Shown piece after piece: positions 1 through 11,589 of a DNA stretch of 64,000 bases. A program made the translations under genes and the position numbers. Source of the DNA: Ptychomitrium polyphyllum (taxonomy: Eukaryota); contig OZ316775.1 of the NCBI GenBank assembly GCA_973851085.1, positions 1,674,001 through 1,738,000 of the forward strand, read 5' to 3'. The notes beneath the pieces are model-generated. The model was given only the letters and a program-made list of their open reading frames with translations, searched no databases and was not told the DNA's origin. Every line of letters begins with the position of its first letter. Within the stretch, counting starts at the first letter, position 1.

Positions 1-756
1 CGAGAGATACACTGACGGTCTCTCGTCTTGAATCCATCGTTGAAGTCTTGGGCCAGTCGACACATCCTTCCCGAATAAGGAAAGACTGAGTAATATCTCC
101 CCTGTTTTGCAAAGGAAATATTGTCAATAAATCACTACAGCTACATTCAAACCCCTGCGTACGGAAAGGCACTTAAACTTCAACATGACAATTGAGCATC
201 CCATAGGGAATTCAATTACATGACTAGGTCTTAACAAGGAAATGCCTTGGTTTAGCAAGAACTCTATTCCTTCCACTATATCAACATATTCCAATGCAAT
301 GCAAGGTTGTAAATCTTTAAATGTTCTGCAAAAACTGAGTCTCAAATGATCATCCACGAGGTAGGTTAAGTGATATATTCTGCAACACTATAAAACTCAT
401 ATGTACTCGCCTGTGATTGGAAATTTGGATCGTTCACTACGCTTTTGAAGAGGATACCATTGTCTGGTGATGATCTTCTTCTCGGCAGTCAAAATCACGT
501 TGATGGGAATTTTCACCTGACCTAAGAAGTCATGGGAAAACCGATCTTCGTCCCAAACTATTACTAGCAGCTCCTCGTCAGACCCTACTACATTGAAAAA
601 GAACTCTTCATGCCAAGCAGGATTTAAGTTCCTCGGAACTACAGCCGATTTAGTCTTTGTGTTGCCTAGTTGCAAGCGCACAAAAGGATCACTCAGGCCA
701 TTCTGGTCTCGAGCTGCAAGATCCCGAGCCTCCAACACGTGCACATGCAGCTTCAT
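1..756 (-). CDS. C2-domain protein, probably C2/GRAM (VASt) type; 5' portion only, continues beyond window start
   Basis: Exon 756-411 encodes a canonical C2 domain (MKLHVHVLEARDLAARDQNGLSDPFVRLQLG...NLNPAWHEEFFF...VWDEDRFSHDFLGQVKIP...WYPLQKR). After the intron 410-102, exon 101-1 continues G-EILLSLSLFGKD, the usual last C2 strand. Confidence 0.88.
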
Positions 757-2976
757 TCTGACAGATTCTAAATATCACCAAAGTGCGATAACTCGAGGTC
801 AGAATTCGCAAGGTCTTGCCTCATGAAATATTCAGATCTGTCGGTCTGTCACCTCAATGTGCCCGAAAATCTAGTGATACATTGGAATCCAGGTTCTGCT
901 CTCGTCACCTTATTGTTCGGCAGTGCTACTGGCATTGAAATCCACTGCGTCAAAAAATGTAGAGAATCATAACTAGATTATCAAGATTATCCGTTACTAC
1001 AGTGTTCCTTCGCCAAAAGACTATAAAAAGCTGCGGAGAAGCTGAGTATTAAAAAACAGAGCACCAGGATAAAGGAATCAGCTGGAGGGGGAGCTAATCG
1101 TCACTTTAATCCTCCGTCCATGCGAACCTTCGAAGTTCGTACATCTTCAGCATTGATCCTTCTCTGCCTCCATGGTCATGACCCATTAGTAATTGATCTT
1201 CAGGACTTCGGCGCGAAGGGGGTAAAGCTTGTGCCATAAAACGCCTTCAAAAAGGTGTAGTCAGTTTTTTCCCTCTCAGACAACACCTTCCCCTGTTATA
1301 CCTTTCAAACAACATACCCCAGCTCCTGTCTCCATTCCCTCACCCGCTCAAGAGGTTCATTGACTCAACCTTCCCTTTTGCTTAAATCATTTCAAACAAC
1401 CTAACACCGACTCCATAATCCAGTAAGTCAGAACTTGTGATTCCATAAGTTACGGCACCAAAAATCTTCAAGCTCTCAGTAAGCATTTGACATCTGAACC
1501 TGCAGAGGCAGTTCCAAGAGGTTTCAATGTTGGGCTGCACATGTCCTCACTTAAAACGATCGTTGTCGAATATCGAGCTAACACTCTCACCGAAAATGCT
1601 ATAAAAAGTTACACCAAACATACAAAACAGAGGATAGAAAAAGAGGGACAAATCAGAAACTGTTCTGAGGAGACCCGCAAACTTCAAGATTCGAGCTACA
1701 CACATTCTCAGTGCCCCAGTAGTACTCAGTCATCTTATCTTGAATGAAACCTACTACACAACTTCCAGAATCAGAGAAAATTGTAATCTGAAGATTATGC
1801 AGACATAGAAGCCCAGAGATGAAAAAAATTCCCACCTTCTGGAAACTCCTGTCAAAAATTTCGACTCTTTCTTCTAGGTTTAGCGCGCACCTCCCTCTCA
1901 ACACTCTTTCCAGGCCGAGAAGTGCAACAACTCCTTCACATTCACTTCCAAAATTGGCAGATCCCTAGGAAATGTACAGCGCTGAACTAAACCCAATTCG
2001 CTTCACACTCTGGGCGCTCTCGATTGTCAAACTCCAAGTAATCTTCCGATTCTCCGACCACAGACAACCTTCAAAATCAAAAGCTATCACACAGGAGTAA
2101 ACATCCTTCAAGTCAAGCAACTCTAGAATCTCCCGCCACCTACTCCCCACGAAAAAACGTCCTTTCTCAACTTCTTGTTACTTCCTTCCCTTCCAAGCTA
2201 ACCAAACATGATTCCCGTGAACCCCTTGCTTCGAAACACCGGTACACCACCCATTAAGCGTCTACAGGGACGGAATCTGCAAAGCAAGGGCCATTCAAAG
2301 CAATCCCGCGTTGTCAACCGGTCATCACCAAAAACTCCAGTAACTCGCCATTACGAAGCTTCCTCACTCGCAGGGGATAGGAAACTCGTTACTAATGTTA
2401 CGTATCAGCAGGGCGCTGCAAGTTACACCTGGGCGTCGTTGCTCTTGAAGCTCTCGATGAAAACTGCCCCAGCTGCAGTGCAGACTCCGTAGGTACCTGT
2501 ACCTAACTTACCACAAAGCCCATGGGCTGCTCCCACCACCACCACCACACCGTCAACGCAGGTCACCCAATAACCTCCACTCTTCGCCATCAACGCTAAA
2601 ATAAAGAAACAGAACAGGAAACGCTCCCGGAAGCTGCTGCACCTGACAACCATTCCTGTAGAGATGGATCCCGCGACGGCTGGAAGAAAGTCGCAATCCC
2701 AGCAATGCAAAGGTGGGTCGTTTTCTCACTTCAGAGGCTGCCATTCCCATCGCTATGAGTCGGGTTCCGAGTTCCATCGCAACTGTACTGATTGACTGCA
2801 TGTCTAGATTCAAGAAACCACATCTAGACATCAAAGAGATCATCCCAGCGTGGATGCACCTCATCTTGTGAAGGTTCCTCCGCACTGGGATGGGGATTCT
2901 GTCTTGCTGGCGATGATGACTGGCACGGATCCATCGGGTCGGGCTGACCGTGCTGTGCCACAGTCAAAAGCCCAAA

Positions 2977-3030
2977 AGCGGAACCTTGAGGTCAACTAGC
3001 GGAACCTTGAGGTCAACTTGCGACCTCAAG
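2977..3030. repeat. 21-bp perfect tandem duplication followed by a 9-bp inverted repeat
   Basis: AGCGGAACCTTGAGGTCAACT at 2977-2997 and 2998-3018; CTTGAGGTC in the second copy can pair with the following GACCTCAAG. Confidence 0.9.
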
Positions 3031-6000
3031 CTTGTTGTGCTAAATTTGTACTACGGTTGCAGAGGAGTTGGGGAACGTGACGCAGGAGAGTAGTAATGAG
3101 CATACATGTCATGGATCCAATCTGGTGCGCTCTGCAGTTTGCTTTGCAGTGGCGATGGCGTTCTCGCATTCTCACCAGCCTCCACGGCGAGAGCTTCTGG
3201 AAGCACACATGTGGGAGATCGGTGCTATATATAAGTATTCTCTAGATTTCAGAGAATCGTATGTAGGCGAAGGGTAGATTCTCCTGGTTTAGGTGCCGTG
3301 ACGGTTTTCGGTATGCATTTCTTTGTGGGTTCTTTTGCGTGGAATTTGTAGAGATTAAGAGATTATGAGATTCTCTATATTTTCCTTTAGGTTTTGTTGG
3401 GGTTTCCCACACATGTTTTGTGGTGGTTTGGTTTTGGGAGTTTTGGTTTGTTTTCCCTCACTGTTTTGAAACGTATAAAGGTTTGTGGATAGGAGCACCA
3501 GCGTCTGCCACTTTAAGTATTTTCACATAGATGGGGCTTGGCAATGACCTTAAGCTATTTCACATTAATTATCCATTCTAAAGGGGAGTTGAGACGTGAA
3601 CAGCCAGTTGTTTATGTGGTGCATGAATTTCTCTTTCAAGTTTTGATGAGGGGAATTGTAATGGTAGACCACCTTTTTTCCCAAGCAGATGAATGTAAAC
3701 TTTTCTACAGTAGAATCTACAAGTATACACATAGATGTGTATCACTATTACTGACCACATGCAGTCAGGGTAAGTAGCCAAATGTGCTTAGTCTAGCATG
3801 AACAACCAAGTGTGCATGGAAATATGCAATTAGTGTGCACAACTTAGTTCTGACCAGTGTATGCAATTATGTTGATTCAAAATCGATCTCTTCGGGGGCA
3901 TTTTGATATAAGGGGCTCCCACATTGCAACAAAGGACAAAGTTTGCACAGTAATTAACAAAAGTGCACAACAGTGTTCACTTTGAAGGTTGTATGTTCAG
4001 ATTTTGGAATAGGAACTTTGTTTTGACATGTCATTTGAAGGCAGGGATGGTTAGGTATCTCTTAAGATTTAAAAGAAGTATTTTATAATTTTGTTTAACT
4101 TATAGGATTGATTTAAGGCCTAACAGGATTGACTAGTTTTTTTTTAAATTAAAGGTGTGAATGCAAATATTTTGAAGTTTGTTTGGATGGTTTAAATTCT
4201 TGGTTGTCCTTTTTCCTTCTTCATTCTTCTCAACTCTTGTTAATGATTGTAGTGAGAACTTATGACATGGAGGCCTTGAAACCATAGATATTTGTTTGTG
4301 TATTGTAAAAATATGGAATATAAGATTGTTTTTTTGTTGATCTAAACATGTGACAAGACTAATTCAATTGAAACATAGTTAAAATTTGGAAAATAAAAGC
4401 TTAATATTATAGAATTATGTAGAGTTTCTTGCTTTATATGAATTTATCTTAAAGCATACATATTTGTATTCATTGCTAAGTCTATGGTATTATATATTGG
4501 TTAAAAAGAAATACTACAATTTGTATAAGAATAAAGGTCAATGCACTTCTTATAAATTCCCTCTTTAGAAATTCCAAAAAATAACATATTGTTTGGAAAA
4601 TATAATTCAAATAAAAAAAAGCAAATGAGTTTAAAAACACTTTAGGTGTTCATAGTAGGAAATTTAACCTTAACTTTAAAAAATCATTTCCATTGTTGTC
4701 ATGCCAACAATGGGATTATAAACTAAATGGTGCAGATTTTATTAAAAATAGATGGCATGAATACTTTCCACTTTCCATTTGTACCTAATTGCAATCTTTA
4801 CCATTAGTAAAATAATAACTATTTAGTGCGTTTAGTCTCTAATCTTTGATAATTTCCATCATCTTCTTTTAATAAAAAGATAAGATAAGGATAAATGTAG
4901 CTTCTAAGAACATTTAGAGGGACTTGCAAGATTTTTTTAAATTTTTATTTGGAAAAAATTTGCCAAAATTTCCTGTCTTCAGTTATAAAATTGCTTTTAA
5001 ATTCTTTGATTTTGGAAATGAATGAAATTCAATTTAGCTGCTATACTAAAATAATTGTAATTAAAGTAATTTTGTGTGGTTACGCTTCAATGAGTTATTA
5101 TTGTTTTGTCTTTTCACATACTTGCATGAAATCTATCTTTTCTTACACATAGATTTCTATAATGATAGAAAAAGAGAAGAAATTATTCTTATATAGAAGA
5201 AATGTGAACTAAAATTTTGTTTAAATTATGTTGTTGAATTCTTCATAAAGTATCTATATCCATTATGATACTAGATTTATCATCTTATTTATTAAGGTTC
5301 TTAAATTTGACACACTTGATATATAATGAATTTTCAATAACTTGGAAAAATACTCTAATTTACATTTAAACACAAATTTTCTTTGGAAATTTTAATTTTA
5401 ATATTCAATGTAATGGATAAAAGAAAAGAGTTAAAGATCATTTCAACTGCAACAACTAACGTATTAATATGTTAATTTTGATCAAAAGAATGTCATAGAC
5501 AATGTGTTGTTTTTAGATGGAAAACACATCTAAAACCAAAAAAAACAAAAAAATCTTCTTAAGGAGTGCAATATCGAAATTCAAGCAAGAAGCAAATAAT
5601 TATTAAACCATGACCAAAAAAAAAAAAATTGCATTATCTTTCACTCTTTTTTTCTTTTCTTGCATTTGATTTTCAAACTTCTACTAGAAGTGTGTTCTTT
5701 CTTTGTCTTTTTTATCCATAAACCATATTTTTATTCTCAAATACAAGGTTTTCATTAAATCTAGATATTTTAGTGAACTTCGTACCACCAAATTCATGGA
5801 AATCCTTCCTCATCCTAATAAAACTATGGTTATGAAAGACTTCCTCCACTGGCAAGTTCTAACTCTGCTTGAGTACATCACCTCACGATCGTTTCCAACT
5901 TACGAAAGTATAAACAACTCGTATGACAATAGTGCCTTCGATACTACCAAAACATCTAAGGCGTGTGAATACATGACGTGGATCCGACCATGGTTGTGAG

Positions 6001-7759
6001 GAGCCTGGTGAAATAAAACCCAAGGCTCCACACTATAGAGCCCAATATTTTCTTTTCAGTCGAAGTGTGCAGGCAGCAGCGGGCCCCACAGCATCGCAGT
6101 CTCGAACACGTGTTGGCAGGGGGGGAAGCGCGGAATGGCCATGTGAGGAGATCTGCTGCGCCACGTGGAGGCGCCGCGCCACACCTTAGACTTGCACTGC
6201 CTGACCTTTTGCCAGGTCCCAGATGGCGCCCTCGCTTCGTTCCCATCCATCACGACTCACAGTTCCCAACGTTCTCTATTTATCTTCCCCGATCGCGTCA
6301 GTGGAAGCGACAAATTAGAAGGTTCCGTCCCATGTCCTCGAACTTGGCACGACGTGAGGTGGGTTAGAACCCCGTTCACACCATTAGGGGGTTGAGAAAA
6401 CATCTTTCTAATTGCCTGATAATTGATAATGATTGAACTAAATCAGATGCTTATGTTAAGATTGTTTTCTGAAATTCGGCACCTTCAGCTGGATTTTTAA
6501 ATATCAGGCGTTGTTTGGTGTTTAAGCTTTTCTTAGTTTCTCCAAAGGTGAAGAGTTCCTTGTACGATATATAGTTGTTCTATTATCCATACTGTGCACG
6601 AAGTGTTTTGTTTTTAATTTCACAAATCTTTGAAGGGTTTTTGAATTAGGTTTAAATTTAGAAATGCATGGATATAATATGTATCGTTTGGTGTACTTTG
6701 TTTTGATTTAATCTGATTTTATGAATGCTTGGATTGGAATAATATGCTTCAATTATGTTATTTTTTGAATTTCCATGTATAAATCATTTAATTTGGTTTG
6801 AATTGGAACTTGTAATAGAATTTTATATGACTTATTATTAACAATATTCTTTAATTCAATCATTTCCATTATTACCTCAAAAAAATAAATTCATTTACTA
6901 ATCAATGAAGTGTAAATTGCTTTGCTTTAAACCCAAATCTTTAATGAAATCAAATATTGCAATTTTGCAACATGAACTATAGTGTATTTTTACATTGTAT
7001 CATTTCATGTTTTTGCATCATCTTGTAGAAATGAACTTATTTGACACATTTATAAAATACACATGTACCTTTAAAATACACATGTACTAAATGTACCTTT
7101 AAAAATTGAAATCTTAAACCCAATCATCAATCTAAGTTGCCCAACATAATATACAAAGTTTGTCAATTAAATAGATGTAGGTAGAATTATAATAAAATAT
7201 CTTTTACAATTAAATTAAAAAGTCAGCAAATGATCCTAATTAGTTTTTAAAATAGTTATTTTATTACATTCTCACACAAATTTGACTAGTCTCGACCAGA
7301 ATTAGTGTGCGCATTGGTGTAATCACACAGAAACTGGGTCTCGATCTCACAATAGTGTCAATAATCAGAATAGTAACAATACCAATACGATAACACCGTG
7401 GAGAATCCAATAAACACAAGTTCATAAAAACTATAGGATGCAAGGGCATCCACGAAGACAACCTAGTAACCGGAGATAGCTCAACTACATCAAGGTCTTT
7501 CCGTTAGACACAACCTCCTTCCAGCATGCAGTGAACCCTCTAGCATAACTCACAAACAGCGCATACTCACAGACCTCTGAAAACCAGTCAGTTCTCATAT
7601 AGAAACCAAGTGCTGAGGCTTAGAATTGGAGACCGCAGGTGAACATGAAATCTGGTGGAAGTACCTAGCTAGAGTACGTTAATGAACATTTCATGGAAAA
7701 ACACGTTGCTGGTTTCTAGATCAGCAACTGAAGCAACCTGTTGTGCTAACAAATGCTCT

Positions 7760-10700
7760 CTAAAGCTCGTCTTTGTTTGGACCATCGTCTCCCATGAGCT
7801 CATCCAGTGAGAATTCATCCTCCTCAAGGAGACTCCCGTCCTTCCCGTCCCAAGGTTCTGTTGTCATAACTGGTGGCACTGATTGTAAAGGTACATTGCC
7901 CCTTCCCCCTTTCCCTGCCTCAGCGACAAATTTCCTGCATTCCAGCATCACCATTAATTTTCAAGTGCCAGTTTAAAAGGGAACTTAAACAGGCTATTGT
8001 AAGGAATCGATATGCTTCAAACGCATTCTAGACATTTTCAAGGAAGCAGTACAAGTCTCACAGTCGATACTTACACAACAGACTCCTGCTCAAAAGCGCC
8101 TCGAAGAGGGGCATACACAGCCTTCTTCACATTTAGTGCTACCATAGCTGGATAGCCAAATCCACCCACACCTACTGCTTTTTCAAGTTCTGGCTGCTGG
8201 CCTGCTGCAGTCCACACATACCTGCATACACAAGTCATACCAGTCAGCACTTGGGACACCGAAAAGGCAAACAATTTTGTCCCAAGCATTACAAAATCTC
8301 TAATAGAGAGTAGACAGCCATCTTGACTACGTATGGAATAGTAAATAGACATCATGTTCTCCTGTGGCTTGCCTGTATGCATTTCTTTTGTACTTCTCTG
8401 CAACATTCTGTAAGGTTGTGAGGTACTTGTTGCGACCCTCAGCTTTGGAGTCCAGAATGTCAGGCAAAAATGAGACAAAACAGATAGCGGCAGAGCCACA
8501 TTCTTTATCCAGCACATTCTGCAATCAGAATTTGCAACACTCATCAATTACTAAATACAAAAGTTAAAACACATTATATAAGCCGGGTGAATGCTTTGCC
8601 AAGGCAGCTACTTAACCAACATATGCAGGTTGAGGCAAAATACCTGGCCTATCAACTCCACAACCTCAGGGGCTGCCACGTTAAGCTCCAACTGAGCAAG
8701 TGCATAGGACTCGATTGCACCCGCCGATCTTGCACCTTCGTAATTAATTGGGTTCTCCTTATCCGATCCAAAAAGCTTTATAGTGGGGAAGCCTTTGATA
8801 TCATACTTTTGTGCTATATCCTGTGATCACGTCCAACAAGAGCTTTTCGAATGTTACTTTTCAGAAGATAGAACACGAGAGAACTAATGGAGCTGAACAC
8901 AGTCCAGCCATTAAGAGTTCAAATATACTAAGAAAGCTGCGTGCAAGAACAAGCACGTTGTAAGGATCTAAACGTGCAGAAGAATCTGCTAGAAATCATC
9001 GAAATCATTGTCAGCGACTACACCGATACTGAAAAAGCAACCCGACATAGTATATGAAAAGGTTGTAACCCCGCACTTCCTTGTGAACTGCCACAATCAA
9101 TTAGACGTTTCATATACACAGCTTTATATTCCATCCATCTCGATAAGAAACTAACTAAACTAGAACTAAATAAAAGCGAAGGTGCATTAATGTTTAACAG
9201 TTTGATCCCCAGTTGCAATTCCACGACCAGGTATCCAGGCATAAATGTTCAAAAGTTGATTTCTACCTTGTGTGCTTCACAGTCAACTTGGCCCAGTTTC
9301 ACCTTTCCGTTCAGGTTGTTCGCAGCAGTCTTCCACTCTGGGGTAAGCTTCTTGCAATGTCCGCACCTGCTCAAAAGAAGAAAATTTATGAACGGAAAAT
9401 GAAAACATTGCAAACTCAAGAAAGCACATATAATGTGATAAAAATAATTATGGAACTCCTGAGAGAATTACCAAGGTGCGTAAAACTCAATAAGCCATGT
9501 GTCGTCACCCTTCAGAACCAGCTTGTCGAAGTTGCTAGATGTGAGCTCCACAGAGGCACTAGCTCCACTTGAGTCTTTGTCTTTCTTTGAGCTTGACTTC
9601 TTCGAGCCCGATTTTCCATTCAATCGATCTAAGGCAAGTGTTTTCACCTGTTCATTGATTCCCAAAACGGTTGGTACAGAATTATTCTAAGCTGTAAATA
9701 CCCTCAAAACGACTAAAAGTTACCAGAAAATCGCAGACAGCGCAAAAGATTGAAGATACACACCTGCTGAAGAGCATAATCCACAATAGGTCTAGCCTCT
9801 CGTGCACCCTGATAGTCTACTGGTGATTTTCCCAGACCAAACACCTTGATTGTTGGAAAACCTTGAATTCCATATTGCTGTACAAGCACGAACATGAAGT
9901 TATGGTCAATTTTAGTCCAAGATAGCTCATTACTTTCAACTTCCCCCTGTTCCTTCAACAGCCACTTTCAGTATGGGACCTCGGAAGACCGTGAAAATAG
10001 CATTGCAATTCGATGCATTACACCGGATGATCACAAAAGTTAAGTAGAAGAAAAACTTAAAAACCAAAAATATCAAGATATTTAAGAATTATATAAATGA
10101 ATAAAAAATTCGATCCAAACAATTCATACACAATTCTCGAATGGTGTACGTCCAGCGGATACTCGTGTTCTAGATACAAATTCGGAAACAGAGCACAAGC
10201 ATTTCATAAAAGATGTATCTGCTAATCAACAGACAATCCTTTCCTTCTTGATAAGTAAACCAAATGAAACAATCGGACGTAATCCATCAGCAAGCACCAG
10301 GTATAAGATATTGAGCCTCAATCGGATGTCTGACGTGCTAATTACCTGTGCCAAATCCTTATGTGTATCCGCGTCTACTGCTGCGACTGTAACAACGCCC
10401 TTTAGAGATGTAGCCGCCTTCTCCCAAGCGGGTGCCAAGTTCTTACAATGCCCACACCAGTTGGCATAAAACTCCACCATGACTAACCCTTCTGCTCCAA
10501 GCACCTGCCAAACCAAATTCAACGACATGGTGAACACGAAATCTGATCGAAAACCATAAAAATTGAAACTAAGAGGTTCCAAAAACACTGTCCTGACGCA
10601 TCCATCAGATACCCAAATATGGACAATCGACCGCATACAACCTTCAACACGAATAAGCATCACATGCTCAATTCCACGTCAATCACTCCGATAAGGAAAA

Positions 10701-11103
10701 CCTCAATTACAAAACCACAGAAAATTTAAATAGTAATTCCAGCTCAAACAACATAAAGTTGAAACCACAACAACTACAGTTTCTCAATGTCAGTAAACTC
10801 CCCAGTTGCTGCATTTTCAAAAAATTGGATAACTTATCAAACTAAAAGTAACCAGACACGCCGGCTCACAGAAACTCAACATCATCACCTTCCTAAACTA
10901 AGATGCAACCGATTAGGTTCCCAATTAGGTGTCCGATTAGGGTTAAGAAAAAGCATCCGCACCTTGTTCTTAAAATTCGATGACGTCAATTGCACCACAT
11001 CCGAAGAGGGTTCATACAATGCAGACGCAGACCCGGCACCGCAGAAGACCACCGCAAGCACCATCGCAACCCACACGGCCATGTTCGACACCCGCATCCC
11101 CAT
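7760..11103 (-). CDS. PDIL2-3: ER protein disulfide isomerase, PDIA6/P5 (PDIL2-2/2-3) type, 9 exons
   Basis: Exons 11103-10963, 10504-10346, 9877-9764, 9647-9472, 9366-9267, 8820-8644, 8518-8373, 8221-8075, 7934-7760 join in frame. Signal peptide, two WCGHC thioredoxin domains, P5-type b domain ([13 protein letters not shown]), acidic tail EPWDGKDG...EEDEF and C-terminal KDEL. Confidence 0.96.
10674..10681. promoter_or_regulatory. UPRE-like element (CCACGTCA) in PDI intron 1
   Basis: Exact CCACGTCA (reverse complement of TGACGTGG) inside the first intron of an ER chaperone gene. Confidence 0.35.
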
Positions 11104-11562
11104 CGCCAGGCTCCTCCAAACCCTAAGTGCACTCAGTTCAGCACCTTGTGCTCAGCTCCAAACCAGCGACCGAAAACTACCAATGTAGCCTCGTAGTACC
11201 TCCCAAGAATCGTCTCGCGATGGTACGGTCGTCCCGCCGTCGATGGACGATCCTCATAGACTCTCACACACACCTTCGGCGATGCGAGGCGATCTTCTAG
11301 AGTTCTCAGTCAATTGGCAGCTTCTTCCAAGCGAATCCGAGCTCACGAGTCGTAAACCAGATCATGTTGATTCAGAGATGGATTTGTAGATTTGAGGTCA
11401 TCGTATGCAGTGATTCATTTCGAAAGTATCTACGAATTTTGTAGAGCAGATTCAGAATCATCGAGACAAAAAGAATCAGAGATGTAATGTATGGGGCTGT
11501 AAATCTACGAAATTATTATGGGGCTCGTGGTTGGCTGAGGTCGCACTCTGTTCGTGGTTCGG

Positions 11563-11589
11563 CCAATCCAGAGAAAGGTGGTGACGTGG
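11563..11589. promoter_or_regulatory. Unfolded-protein-response element (TGACGTGG) with adjacent CCAAT in the PDI promoter
   Basis: CCAAT at 11563-11567 and TGACGTGG at 11582-11589, about 480 bp upstream of the PDI ATG; matches the bZIP60/XBP1-type UPRE core. Confidence 0.55.

Noticed and set aside
6341..6354. Partial match to moss miR536 on the minus strand
   Set aside because: Only ~10 nt match and no hairpin.
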